From assembly GCA_949290895.1 (NCBI GenBank), contig CASETU010000016.1, positions 1 to 54,979 of the forward strand: 54,979 nt of DNA, written 5' to 3'. The notes under the pieces were generated by a model that had not been told where the DNA came from, ran no database searches, and saw only the letters and a program-made list of their open reading frames with translations. Both the position numbers and the translations under genes were made by a program. Positions 36,528 to 44,028 of the stretch are shown piece by piece; within the stretch, counting starts at the first letter, position 1, and each line of letters opens with the position of its first letter. The stretch is from an uncultured Bacillota bacterium (GTDB taxonomy: Bacteria; Bacillota; Clostridia; Christensenellales; Borkfalkiaceae).

Positions 36528-36940
36528 AATACGGTGATCTCCCTTTCGTTTTCGCCGCGCTTTTCGATTTTTACCTTTTTGCAGTCTTTGGGCAAAACGT
36601 CGGCGATGTTTTCAAACCATTCGATGACGCAGATGTTCTCCCCGCCGAAATAGTCCGTCAGCCCCAGCGCCAGCGCGTCCTCGCCGCAGGAAAGACGGTA
36701 ACAATCGTAATGATAGAGCCTGTCCGCATACACGTTGAGATAGGCATAGGTCGGGGAAACGACCTCCTCTTCTATTCCCAGCCCGCGGGCAAGCCCCTTT
36801 GTAAACGCCGTTTTGCCCGCGCCCAGCTCGCCTTCGAGCAGAACGACGTCCCCGTTTTTTAATGTTTTGGCAAATTGCGCGGCGAAAGCTTCGGTAGCGC
36901 TTTCCCCGTCGGAAACAAACTTTTTCATACTGTCCTTCAT
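36524..36940 (-). CDS. tsaE: tRNA t6A37 complex ATPase TsaE
   Basis: ...VLLEGELGAGKTAFTKGLARGLGI... The start may instead be the ATG at 36928 (MKKFV...), which has GAAGGA 4 nt upstream. Confidence 0.9.
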   Translation of the reverse strand: MKDSMKKFVSDGESATEAFAAQFAKTLKNGDVVLLEGELGAGKTAFTKGLARGLGIEEEVVSPTYAYLNVYADRLYHYDCYRLSCGEDALALGLTDYFGGENICVIEWFENIADVLPKDCKKVKIEKRGENEREITVL

Positions 36941-36986
36941 TCAGCGCGGCGCGCCGCGCCCCGACGAAACAAAACTAATTTATTAT

Positions 36987-37015
36987 ATTATAGGGCAAAC
37001 ACGCGCTTTTGTAAA
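36987..37015 (-). promoter_or_regulatory. sigma-A promoter of tsaE-tsaB-rimI
   Basis: Minus strand TTTACA (37010-37015), 17-nt spacer, TATAAT (36987-36992). Confidence 0.7.
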
Positions 37016-37110
37016 GGCTTTTTCCCTTCTTGCCCGCTTTTCCGCTCAAGGTAAAGCCGTCGACGGCAGGACGCGGAAAAATCAAATCCTTTATAGTGCG
37101 CGGGATTTAC

Positions 37111-37148
37111 AAAAGAAAAGCCCGCGGCGGGCAATGCCCGCCGCGGGC
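37111..37148 (-). terminator. rho-independent terminator after ribU
   Basis: Stem GCCCGCGGCGGGC/GCCCGCCGCGGGC (37120-37148), followed on the minus strand by TTTTCTTTT. Confidence 0.85.
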
Positions 37149-37160
37149 GGAAAACCTTTT

Positions 37161-37778
37161 TTAATTTTTCGCTTCGGAATTTTTCTGTTTTTTCTCTTCG
37201 CTTTCTTTTTCACGCTGCGGATTTTCTCCGTGACGACCTACCGCTTTGAAAAGGTGCGACACGTGTTTATACAAAAGTAGCGTGATGACGGAGTTTGCAG
37301 CGCCCTTTATGAGGTTGAAATACACGATGAAAGGCCAAAGCTGCAAAAACATGCTTTCCGCTGTATCTCCGACGTACAGCGGGAAATTGATATAACGGTT
37401 GGTGACGAGCGCGACGGCGGTCTGCAACACCACGCCGCTCACGAGATACACGCATACCCAGGGCAAGCCCTTTTTATAGCGGTACGCCACGGCGGGAACG
37501 ATGATGAACGCCACGGTCATAAACACGTTGGCAATTTCCCCCACGCCGCCCGTCGAAGACTTTGTGAGGGCGCACAGCGCCTCCTTAACGACGCAGATGG
37601 CTACGCCCGACACGGGCCCGAACATAAACGAGCCGAGCAGGGTGAAGACGGCGGAAAAGTCCAGTTTCAAAAAGGGCGCGGCGGGGAAAATCGGGAATTC
37701 CAGATAAGACACGAGATAAGCGAGCGCGGCAAAAATCGCGCTGCCCGCCAGCACCTTGGTGTAAGAATAGGTACGCAT
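37161..37778 (-). CDS. ribU: ECF transporter S component, riboflavin-specific (RibU) by riboswitch context
   Basis: 205 aa hydrophobic S-component-like protein directly downstream of an FMN riboswitch. GGAGG RBS. Confidence 0.85.
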   Translation of the reverse strand: MRTYSYTKVLAGSAIFAALAYLVSYLEFPIFPAAPFLKLDFSAVFTLLGSFMFGPVSGVAICVVKEALCALTKSSTGGVGEIANVFMTVAFIIVPAVAYRYKKGLPWVCVYLVSGVVLQTAVALVTNRYINFPLYVGDTAESMFLQLWPFIVYFNLIKGAANSVITLLLYKHVSHLFKAVGRHGENPQREKESEEKKQKNSEAKN

Positions 37779-37794
37779 TGCAAAAAACCTCCGT

Positions 37795-37982
37795 AAAATA
37801 AAAATTTCCGAAAATTCAATCTCTTCGGAAAAATTTACGCGCGGAAAAAATGCGTTTACGATTTTCTTTTCTCATCCGGACTATACCGTCGGTCGGGGAA
37901 TTTCGCCCCGTCGGCGCGGCGACGCCGCGTTCATAGACTTTCACTATCGGAAAGGAATTTCACCTTACCCCAAAGAATATTG
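37795..37982 (-). promoter_or_regulatory. FMN riboswitch (RFN element) with terminator expression platform
   Basis: Minus strand CTTTGGGGTAAGGTGAAATTCC...GGGGCGAAATTCCCCGACCGACGGTATAGTCCGGATGAGAAAAGAA matches the conserved RFN segments. Terminator TTTCCGAA/TTCGGAAA (37805-37831) plus TTTTTATTTT. Confidence 0.85.
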
Positions 37983-37994
37983 AATTTTTTCTTT

Positions 37995-38023
37995 ATTATA
38001 TCGCCGCGACGGCGCAATGTAAA
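37995..38023 (-). promoter_or_regulatory. sigma-A promoter of the FMN riboswitch-ribU unit
   Basis: Minus strand TTTACA (38018-38023), 17-nt spacer, TATAAT (37995-38000). Confidence 0.75.
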
Positions 38024-38165
38024 GCGATTTTTGCAAAATTTTTCAAAAAGCTGCAAACTTCGCGCTTTTTCCCCCGCGAAAGGGCGCTATACTTAAAGCC
38101 GTTCGGCAGGGTACGCGAAAAAATCGCCTGCGCCCGCCGAAATACATATTCAAACGGAGATATTC

Positions 38166-38447
38166 ATGAAAAATCTTTTGCTTTCCACCTTCTGGGGCGG
38201 ACTGTTGTATACCGCGATGTTTTTCGCGTTGTCTTTTTTAACGGTGCTCTTTTTTAAGCTGTGCGTTTATTACGCGAAGAGCAAATCCGCGCCGACCGAA
38301 CGCAAAGAACCCGCCGCGGAAAAGCCCGCCGTCGAAGAAAAGAAAGAAGCGCCGCAGCCCCGCGCTCGCCGCAGAGTACATACCATCGAGATCCGACCCG
38401 ATGAGATCAACCGCATTTACGTGGCGGAAAAAAAGAACGCGAGCTGA
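38166..38447 (+). CDS. hypothetical small membrane protein
   Basis: 93 aa. One or two N-terminal hydrophobic helices, then a charged Pro/Glu/Lys-rich tail. GGAG 7 nt upstream. Confidence 0.5.
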   Translation: MKNLLLSTFWGGLLYTAMFFALSFLTVLFFKLCVYYAKSKSAPTERKEPAAEKPAVEEKKEAPQPRARRRVHTIEIRPDEINRIYVAEKKNAS

Positions 38448-38623
38448 TTTTGCGGCTTTTCGCGACAAAACGCGCGGCTCGCCGCTTTATGCGCTTTCGG
38501 CATCGAACCGAAGTTTGCTAAAAAGTTTTACGCTTTGCCGAATCGTGCGGCGCATATCCGCGCCGCCGTTTAACGATCATTTCATTCGACCATACTTTCC
38601 CTTACATACAATCTCACCCTTAA

Positions 38624-38664
38624 CCCTCGGGGCGCGGCTTTTGCCGCGCCCCGAGGGTCTTTTT
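38624..38664 (+). terminator. strong rho-independent terminator (plus strand)
   Basis: 15-bp stem CCCTCGGGGCGCGGC/GCCGCGCCCCGAGGG with loop TTTT, followed by TCTTTTT. Lies ~180 nt after the nearest plus-strand stop codon. Confidence 0.8.
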
Positions 38665-38730
38665 GCCGAAAATTTCGCTAAAAACCGTTTCTTTTCCGTC
38701 AAAAGTTTACTCGCCGCTTATATGTAAACG

Positions 38731-38775
38731 AAAAATACAAAAAGCGCCCCGAAAGCCAAACGGCTTTCGGGGCGC
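38731..38775 (-). terminator. rho-independent terminator after rsfS
   Basis: Stem GCGCCCCGAAAGCC/GGCTTTCGGGGCGC (38744-38775), followed on the minus strand by TTTTTGTATTTTT. Confidence 0.85.
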
Positions 38776-38843
38776 GTCGTTTGCATCGCAAGCGCCGCCG
38801 TTATCGGAGCGCGAACGAGAAATTTCAGCCGACTTTTTGCCGA

Positions 38844-39188
38844 CTAATCGAATTTTTCCACGTTGTCGCCGCTGTCCCAAAGCCTTTCGAGGTGATAAAA
38901 CAAACGGCTTTCGTCGTTGAAAATGTGCACCACCACGTCGCCGTAATCGAGCACCGCCCAGCGCCCTTCGCGCACCCCTTCCCGCCGCGTGGGTCCCAAG
39001 CCTTCCTTGTCGAGCTCTTCTTCCACGTTTTCCGCAAGGCTTTTCACGTGCGTCATGCTGCGCCCCGTCGCCACGACGTAATAATCGGCGATGATGGTCT
39101 TGTCCGCCACGTCGATTTTAAGGATATCCGTCGCCTTTTTGTCCGACAGGATTTTGCAGATTTTCAAAGCAAGTTCTTTCGCTTCCAT
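38844..39188 (-). CDS. rsfS: ribosome silencing factor RsfS
   Basis: 114 aa, ...DILKIDVADKTIIADYYVVATGRSMTHV...WAVLDYGDVVVHIF... Confidence 0.93.
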   Translation of the reverse strand: MEAKELALKICKILSDKKATDILKIDVADKTIIADYYVVATGRSMTHVKSLAENVEEELDKEGLGPTRREGVREGRWAVLDYGDVVVHIFNDESRLFYHLERLWDSGDNVEKFD

Positions 39189-40313
39189 TTATTTCTCCTT
39201 TACATAATATTCATAAGCTTCCGCCGTGTATTTATGTGGCGTCTTTCCCTCTTGAACGAGATGTTCGTACGTAATGCGGATACATTCTTTAAAACACGCG
39301 TCAAAATCCGTATCGTACAGCCTGCGCAGTTCCTCTACGCCCTGAAAGGTGCGCCCCTCTTCCACCATGTCCGCCACGAACACCAGCTTTTCCAACGGGC
39401 GCATATCCGCCCTGCCCGTGGTGTGATAGCGCACCGCGTCGAGGATTTCGCCGTCCTTCACGCCGAAAACTTTTTCCAGCATGTACGCCCCCAAAAACGC
39501 GTGAACGACGGGCGCGGGCACGTCCTTTTCCACCGCCTCGGGAAAAGTTTTCGGGTCGACGTATTTCGCGATGTCGTGCAGAACGCAGGCGTCGAACGCC
39601 TTGTCGCGATCCACCCCCAGCGCCTTCGCCTTATCCAGCGCGCACGCCGCCACGTCCGCCGTGTGACGGAACCGCTTTGCCGCCAACACGCTTTTGACCA
39701 GCTCCACCGCCGCGGTGGGCGGATACAGGCGGTGATTTTCGATATACGCCGCAACGCTTTCGCTGACAAAGGGCGAAATATCCAGCCCGAACATGGAATA
39801 AATCCTTATCTTCGTGGAGGAAACGTGCTTTCCGCAATAGGAAAGCTCGGTAAATTCCTTGTCGAACCGCCGTGCAAAGTACGCCCGTTCCGCCGCAACG
39901 TCGGCAAAATACCCTTCGCGGCGGAACACGGCGAGGTCTGCCGCCGCCAGAATGCGTTCGGGATAGCGCCACGTCTTGAAATCGACGAGCATATCCCCGC
40001 CGACGATGAAATACAGTTTGCTTTGCGGATATTTCCCGCGGATATGTTCCAGCGTTTTATAGGTATAGCTCGTGCCGCCCTGCTCGATCTCGTATTCGCA
40101 GATTTCCGCGCCGAGCCCGTCGAACGCCGTTTTCAGCATTGCCAGTCTGTCCGCCGCGGGCGCGCATTCGCTGTGCGTTTTGTGCGGCGGCACGAAGGTG
40201 GGAACGACGATAAGCTTATCGAGCGCAAGCTCACTTTTTACCCCTTCTGCCATCGCGATATGTTCTTTATGCACCGGGTCGAAGGTCCCGCCCAGCACGC
40301 CGATTCTTTCCAT
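39189..40313 (-). CDS. nadD: fused nicotinate-nucleotide adenylyltransferase (NadD) / HD-domain YqeK bis(5'-nucleosyl)-tetraphosphatase
   Basis: 374 aa. N-terminus MERIGVLGGTFDPVHKEHIAMAEG... (NadD). C-terminal ~185 aa has RFRHTADVA...VLHDIAK...RYHTTG (YqeK HD). These are separate adjacent genes in B. subtilis. Confidence 0.88.
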   Translation of the reverse strand: MERIGVLGGTFDPVHKEHIAMAEGVKSELALDKLIVVPTFVPPHKTHSECAPAADRLAMLKTAFDGLGAEICEYEIEQGGTSYTYKTLEHIRGKYPQSKLYFIVGGDMLVDFKTWRYPERILAAADLAVFRREGYFADVAAERAYFARRFDKEFTELSYCGKHVSSTKIRIYSMFGLDISPFVSESVAAYIENHRLYPPTAAVELVKSVLAAKRFRHTADVAACALDKAKALGVDRDKAFDACVLHDIAKYVDPKTFPEAVEKDVPAPVVHAFLGAYMLEKVFGVKDGEILDAVRYHTTGRADMRPLEKLVFVADMVEEGRTFQGVEELRRLYDTDFDACFKECIRITYEHLVQEGKTPHKYTAEAYEYYVKEK

Positions 40314-40319
40314 AACCGT

Positions 40320-40348
40320 ATTGTATCAAACTCCCGCCGATTTTTCAA
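40320..40348 (-). promoter_or_regulatory. sigma-A promoter (extended -10) placed for a leaderless nadD-yqeK mRNA
   Basis: Minus strand TTGAAA (40343-40348), 17-nt spacer ending in TGa, TACAAT (40320-40325), then acggtt-ATG. No SD within 15 nt. Confidence 0.6.
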
Positions 40349-40416
40349 GCTTTTGCGTTTAATTTTTCCCCGAAAAGGGCATAATCAAAACAAAAAAAGC
40401 CATTTCGGAGAAATTT

Positions 40417-41214
40417 ATGAAACGCATGATGTTTTCGGTGATTTTCGATTCCGTGTTCGCGGGATTCGCCGCATTTTTGATTACCTTCGTGCTCTTTTCC
40501 TGTTTTCTGGGAAAGGGCGCGGCGATATTCTTAGCCCTCGTTTTGGCGCTGGGGCTGACCGCGCTATGCTTTTACTTTCTCTACGGACGGCGGGGAAAGG
40601 GCGCGGCGAGCGTTCTGGCGACAAAGGAAAAGGAAAACCTCTTTTTCTATCTCGGATTGCAAAAGGACAACAAAAAGCTCTTTTTAAACCTTTTCGGCGC
40701 GCTGGGCAAGACCGCCGCCGTCACGAAAAAAGGCATTTACGTACGGGAAAACGACGTATACGTATACCCGTTTTTTTCCTTTGACGGCGTAAAAAAGGAC
40801 GACCTTTCTTTCGCCTACACCGCGAGCGGCGGCAAGAAAGCCGTCGTGCTCGCCCCCGCCTATACGCCGGAACTGCAGCTTTTCGCCCGCACGTTCGGGG
40901 AAAAACTTCATTTGCTCGGCGGAGAAGACGTTTACGCGCTTTTCAAAAAAGCAAACATGCTGCCGCACGCCGCTTTGCCGGAAAACACCCTTTCCAAAAA
41001 GGAAAAGCTTTACGCTCTCCTGCGCACGGTGTTCACCCGCCGCCGCGCGCCGAAATATTTTTTGTTCGGCGTCACGTTTCTGCTCTTTTCCTTTCTCGTG
41101 CCCTATAAGCTATACTATATCCTGTTCGGAACGCTGCTGACGGTGTTCTCCGTAGTATGCCTGTTTTTCGCCGTTCCCGCAAAGACAGACGAAAAGGAAT
41201 CGGCGTTCGATTAG
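40417..41214 (+). CDS. hypothetical membrane protein (2 TM + ~130-aa soluble domain + 2 TM)
   Basis: 265 aa. GGAG RBS. Hydrophobic pairs at residues ~5-60 and ~215-255. I recognise no motif. Confidence 0.7.
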   Translation: MKRMMFSVIFDSVFAGFAAFLITFVLFSCFLGKGAAIFLALVLALGLTALCFYFLYGRRGKGAASVLATKEKENLFFYLGLQKDNKKLFLNLFGALGKTAAVTKKGIYVRENDVYVYPFFSFDGVKKDDLSFAYTASGGKKAVVLAPAYTPELQLFARTFGEKLHLLGGEDVYALFKKANMLPHAALPENTLSKKEKLYALLRTVFTRRRAPKYFLFGVTFLLFSFLVPYKLYYILFGTLLTVFSVVCLFFAVPAKTDEKESAFD

Positions 41215-41326
41215 ACGCCGCAACGCTTTGCGCTTATCTTTAAATGACTGCAATATTTCATCGCGGCGGGAAAACCGTTTCCCGCCGCGATTTACATTTA
41301 AAAAAATAACCGCTTTACACGTCGCC

Positions 41327-41359
41327 CCGCTTTGCGTTTGCAAAGCGGAGCGCTTTTTT
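41327..41359 (+). terminator. rho-independent terminator (plus strand)
   Basis: Stem CCGCTTTGC/GCAAAGCGG (41327-41348), followed by agcgcTTTTTT. Confidence 0.55.
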
Positions 41360-41364
41360 AATAA

Positions 41365-41652
41365 TTAAAATTCGATGTGCTTGACGTCGCGTTTCGATCT
41401 TCTGTACAAGATGACTTTCCTGCCGATCGCCGCGACAAATTCCGCCTGCAGGGCGGCGGCGAGTTCCGCGCCCGTTTCCTTAGGCGTCTTTTCGCTGTTT
41501 TCCAGCACCGTGAGCTTGATGAGCTCGCGCGCGTCCAGCGCGTCCGAAAAGGACTTGAGCATATTTTCCCCCACGCCGTTTTTACCGACCTGCCCGACAG
41601 GCTCCAGCGTGGAAGCGAGACTTCTTAAATTACTTCTTTCTTTACTCGTCAT
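41365..41652 (-). CDS. yhbY: YhbY/CRS1-type RNA-binding ribosome assembly protein
   Basis: 95 aa, ...LRSLASTLEPVGQVGKNGVGENMLKSFSDALDARELIKLTV... Confidence 0.9.
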   Translation of the reverse strand: MTSKERSNLRSLASTLEPVGQVGKNGVGENMLKSFSDALDARELIKLTVLENSEKTPKETGAELAAALQAEFVAAIGRKVILYRRSKRDVKHIEF

Positions 41653-41657
41653 GATTT

Positions 41658-42923
41658 TTACTCCATAAATTCAAATTCCGAACCGCCGATGACGATGGTC
41701 GCGCCGTTTTCCGCGCCCATCGCGCGGAGCTGTTTAAATATGCCGCGGTCTTTCAGCACTTTATGCATATACGCCATAGAATGAGGATCGGTCAGCACGA
41801 CGTTGCGCGAAAGCACGTCCACCAGCGTGCCCGTGATGACGAACGCGCCGTCGTCGTCGCGGAATATCTCGTAATCGAGTTTTTCCGGCTTGACGTATTC
41901 GAAAGGCTCGAACTCCATGGGCTTTACGGGCGGCAGCTTATCGAGAGCGGCTTTCATCGCCTTTTTCAGCTCGTCAAGCCCCTTGCCGCTCACCGCGGAG
42001 ATCTCCACCGTCTTGTATTTTCTGCCGACTTTTTGCTTAAACGCCGCTATCTTTTCTTCCGCGCCGTAAATATCGCATTTGTTGAGCGCGACGATCTGTT
42101 TAAGCTTTGCGAGGGCGGGCGAATAATTTTTCAGCTCCTTGTTGATGGCGAGGAAGTCCTCATAAGGATCGCGCCCTTCTACCCCGGAAACGTCCACCAC
42201 GTGCACCAGCATGCGGGTGCGCTCGATATGCCTTAAAAATTCCGTGCCCAGCCCCGCGCCGTCCGCCGCGCCTTCGATGAGCCCGGGGATATCCGCCACG
42301 ACGAAGGTTTCGCCGTAGACGTCGCACACGCCTAAATTAGGCGACAGAGTGGTGAAATGATAATTCGCGATTTTCGGGCGAGCCTTGGTAATGACGGAAA
42401 GCAGCGTCGACTTGCCCACGTTGGGAAATCCCACAAGCCCCACGTCCGCGATGGTCTTAAGTTCCAAAATGACCTTCCGCACCTGCGTCTTTTCCCCCGT
42501 CTGGGAAAAATGCGGGGCGTGCCGCCTGCTGGTGACGAACCGCGCGTTACCCTTGCCGCCGTCGCCGCCGACGAGCACGGTCTTTTTCTGCCCATCTTCG
42601 AAGATATCCGCGATGACTCCGCCGCTTTCCTCGTCCTTGATGACTGTGCCGAGCGGCACTTTCAGCACGAGGTCCTGCCCGTCCTTGCCGAAACAGTTTT
42701 TCGGGCCGCCGCGCTCGCCGTTTTCCGCGGCGAACTTGTTTTTATAATAGTAATCCGCAAGGCTGTTTACGTGGCGGTCGCCCACGAACACCACGTCGCC
42801 GCCCTTGCCGCCGTCGCCGCCGTCGGGACCGCCGTTCACGACCCCTTTGAAATGCAGAAAGGAAGTGATGCCGTCGCCGCCGTCACCCGCCTTTATCTGC
42901 AGCAATACTCTGTCCACAAACAT
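41658..42923 (-). CDS. obg: GTPase Obg/CgtA
   Basis: 421 aa, MFVDRVLLQIKAGDGGDGITSF...GGDGGKGGDVVF...GFPNVGKSTLL... Confidence 0.96.
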   Translation of the reverse strand: MFVDRVLLQIKAGDGGDGITSFLHFKGVVNGGPDGGDGGKGGDVVFVGDRHVNSLADYYYKNKFAAENGERGGPKNCFGKDGQDLVLKVPLGTVIKDEESGGVIADIFEDGQKKTVLVGGDGGKGNARFVTSRRHAPHFSQTGEKTQVRKVILELKTIADVGLVGFPNVGKSTLLSVITKARPKIANYHFTTLSPNLGVCDVYGETFVVADIPGLIEGAADGAGLGTEFLRHIERTRMLVHVVDVSGVEGRDPYEDFLAINKELKNYSPALAKLKQIVALNKCDIYGAEEKIAAFKQKVGRKYKTVEISAVSGKGLDELKKAMKAALDKLPPVKPMEFEPFEYVKPEKLDYEIFRDDDGAFVITGTLVDVLSRNVVLTDPHSMAYMHKVLKDRGIFKQLRAMGAENGATIVIGGSEFEFME

Positions 42924-42927
42924 AACT

Positions 42928-43563
42928 TTATTTCCCGTTCTTAATATTCTTTTCGCAAAGCGCGCCGATGGGGCAAACTTCGCAATGCGGCTTTCCCGCC
43001 TTGCAAACCTGTCTGCCGAGATAGATGAGATAATGATGCGCCTTTTTCCACATGGGCTTGTCGATATTCTCCATCAGCTGTTTTTCCGTTTTGGCAACGT
43101 TGTTTGCCGCCGCCAACCCGATGCGGTTGCTCACGCGGAAAACGTGCGTGTCCACCGCGATGGCGTCCCCGCCGAACGCGACGGAATAAACGACGTTCGC
43201 CGTCTTGACTCCGACGCCCGCGAGGGACTGCAAGTCTTTTAAATTATCGGGCACGTTGCCGCCGAAACGCGACAAAATGTCCGCCGAGGCGGAAAGAATA
43301 TGCGCCGCCTTCGTTTTATACAGCCCGCAGGAAAAAATCTTTTTTTCCAGCTCTTCCTGCGAAAGCGCGAGCATTTTCGCGGGCGTATCGTAATTTTTGA
43401 AAAGCTCCGCCGTGACCACGTTCACGCGCGCGTCGGTGCACTGCGCCGAAAGCATGACGGCGACGAGCAGTTCGTACGGCGTGCGGTACACGAGAGCGGG
43501 CTTGTCCGAAAAATTTTGCGATAAAACCGCGACGATTTCACGGGCTTTTTCCTTACCGACCAT
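42928..43563 (-). CDS. nth: endonuclease III
   Basis: 211 aa. HhH-GPD core ...LQSLAGVGVKTANVV... and Fe-S cluster motif C..C..C. Confidence 0.93.
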   Translation of the reverse strand: MVGKEKAREIVAVLSQNFSDKPALVYRTPYELLVAVMLSAQCTDARVNVVTAELFKNYDTPAKMLALSQEELEKKIFSCGLYKTKAAHILSASADILSRFGGNVPDNLKDLQSLAGVGVKTANVVYSVAFGGDAIAVDTHVFRVSNRIGLAAANNVAKTEKQLMENIDKPMWKKAHHYLIYLGRQVCKAGKPHCEVCPIGALCEKNIKNGK

Positions 43564-43632
43564 AGCGACCTCCGTTGCTCAATTTACGCGCCGCCGCCCG
43601 AAAAAGGCGGCGGCGCGTCGTCTGACAAGAAT

Positions 43633-43661
43633 ATTCTACCATAAATCGCCGCGATTTACAA
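43633..43661 (-). promoter_or_regulatory. sigma-A promoter of nth-obg-yhbY
   Basis: Minus strand TTGTAA (43656-43661), 17-nt spacer, TAGAAT (43633-43638). A GC-rich hairpin (43588-43618) sits in the 5' UTR. Confidence 0.65.
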
Positions 43662-43677
43662 TCTTTTTTCGCGCACT

Positions 43678-43929
43678 TTACAGGCTTTTCACCGTTCTGC
43701 CGTTATCCGACAATACGAAAAAACCCGCAAAAGAATCGAAATGCAAAGCATTTGCCAGCCGTTTGGCGAACGGAAAATACCTTCCGTTGATCTTTACGCT
43801 CAATCCGCAGCCGACATAAGCCTGCCTGGGCGTGTTGACGATCTCCGACGGAATTCCCCTTCTCCTCAGTTCTTCGGCGAATTTGATCGTATGTGTGCGC
43901 GAGCGGAAAGCGATGATGACGTACTCCAT
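43678..43929 (-). CDS. DUF3343-type putative Se/S carrier protein
   Basis: Track ORF trimmed to ATG 43929 (MEYVIIAFRSRTHTIKFAEELRRRGIPSEIVNTPRQAYVGCGLSVKI...), which follows AGGAGA. 83 aa. Confidence 0.75.
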   Translation of the reverse strand: MEYVIIAFRSRTHTIKFAEELRRRGIPSEIVNTPRQAYVGCGLSVKINGRYFPFAKRLANALHFDSFAGFFVLSDNGRTVKSL

Positions 43930-44028
43930 AGTCTTTCTCCTTTTGTTTTCGGCATAACTTGCACCGCCGCATAATACATTATATTGCAAGAAAAAAACCG
44001 ATGTGAGAAATAAAAAGAGGAAAAGAAC

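Noticed and set aside
38781-40784. 667-aa plus-strand ORF spanning rsfS, nadD-yqeK and part of the next gene
   Set aside because: It lies antisense to two well-supported genes and crosses an intergenic region. The translation is Arg/His/Phe-rich with no motifs. This is a typical stop-codon-poor antisense frame in a GC-rich coding region.
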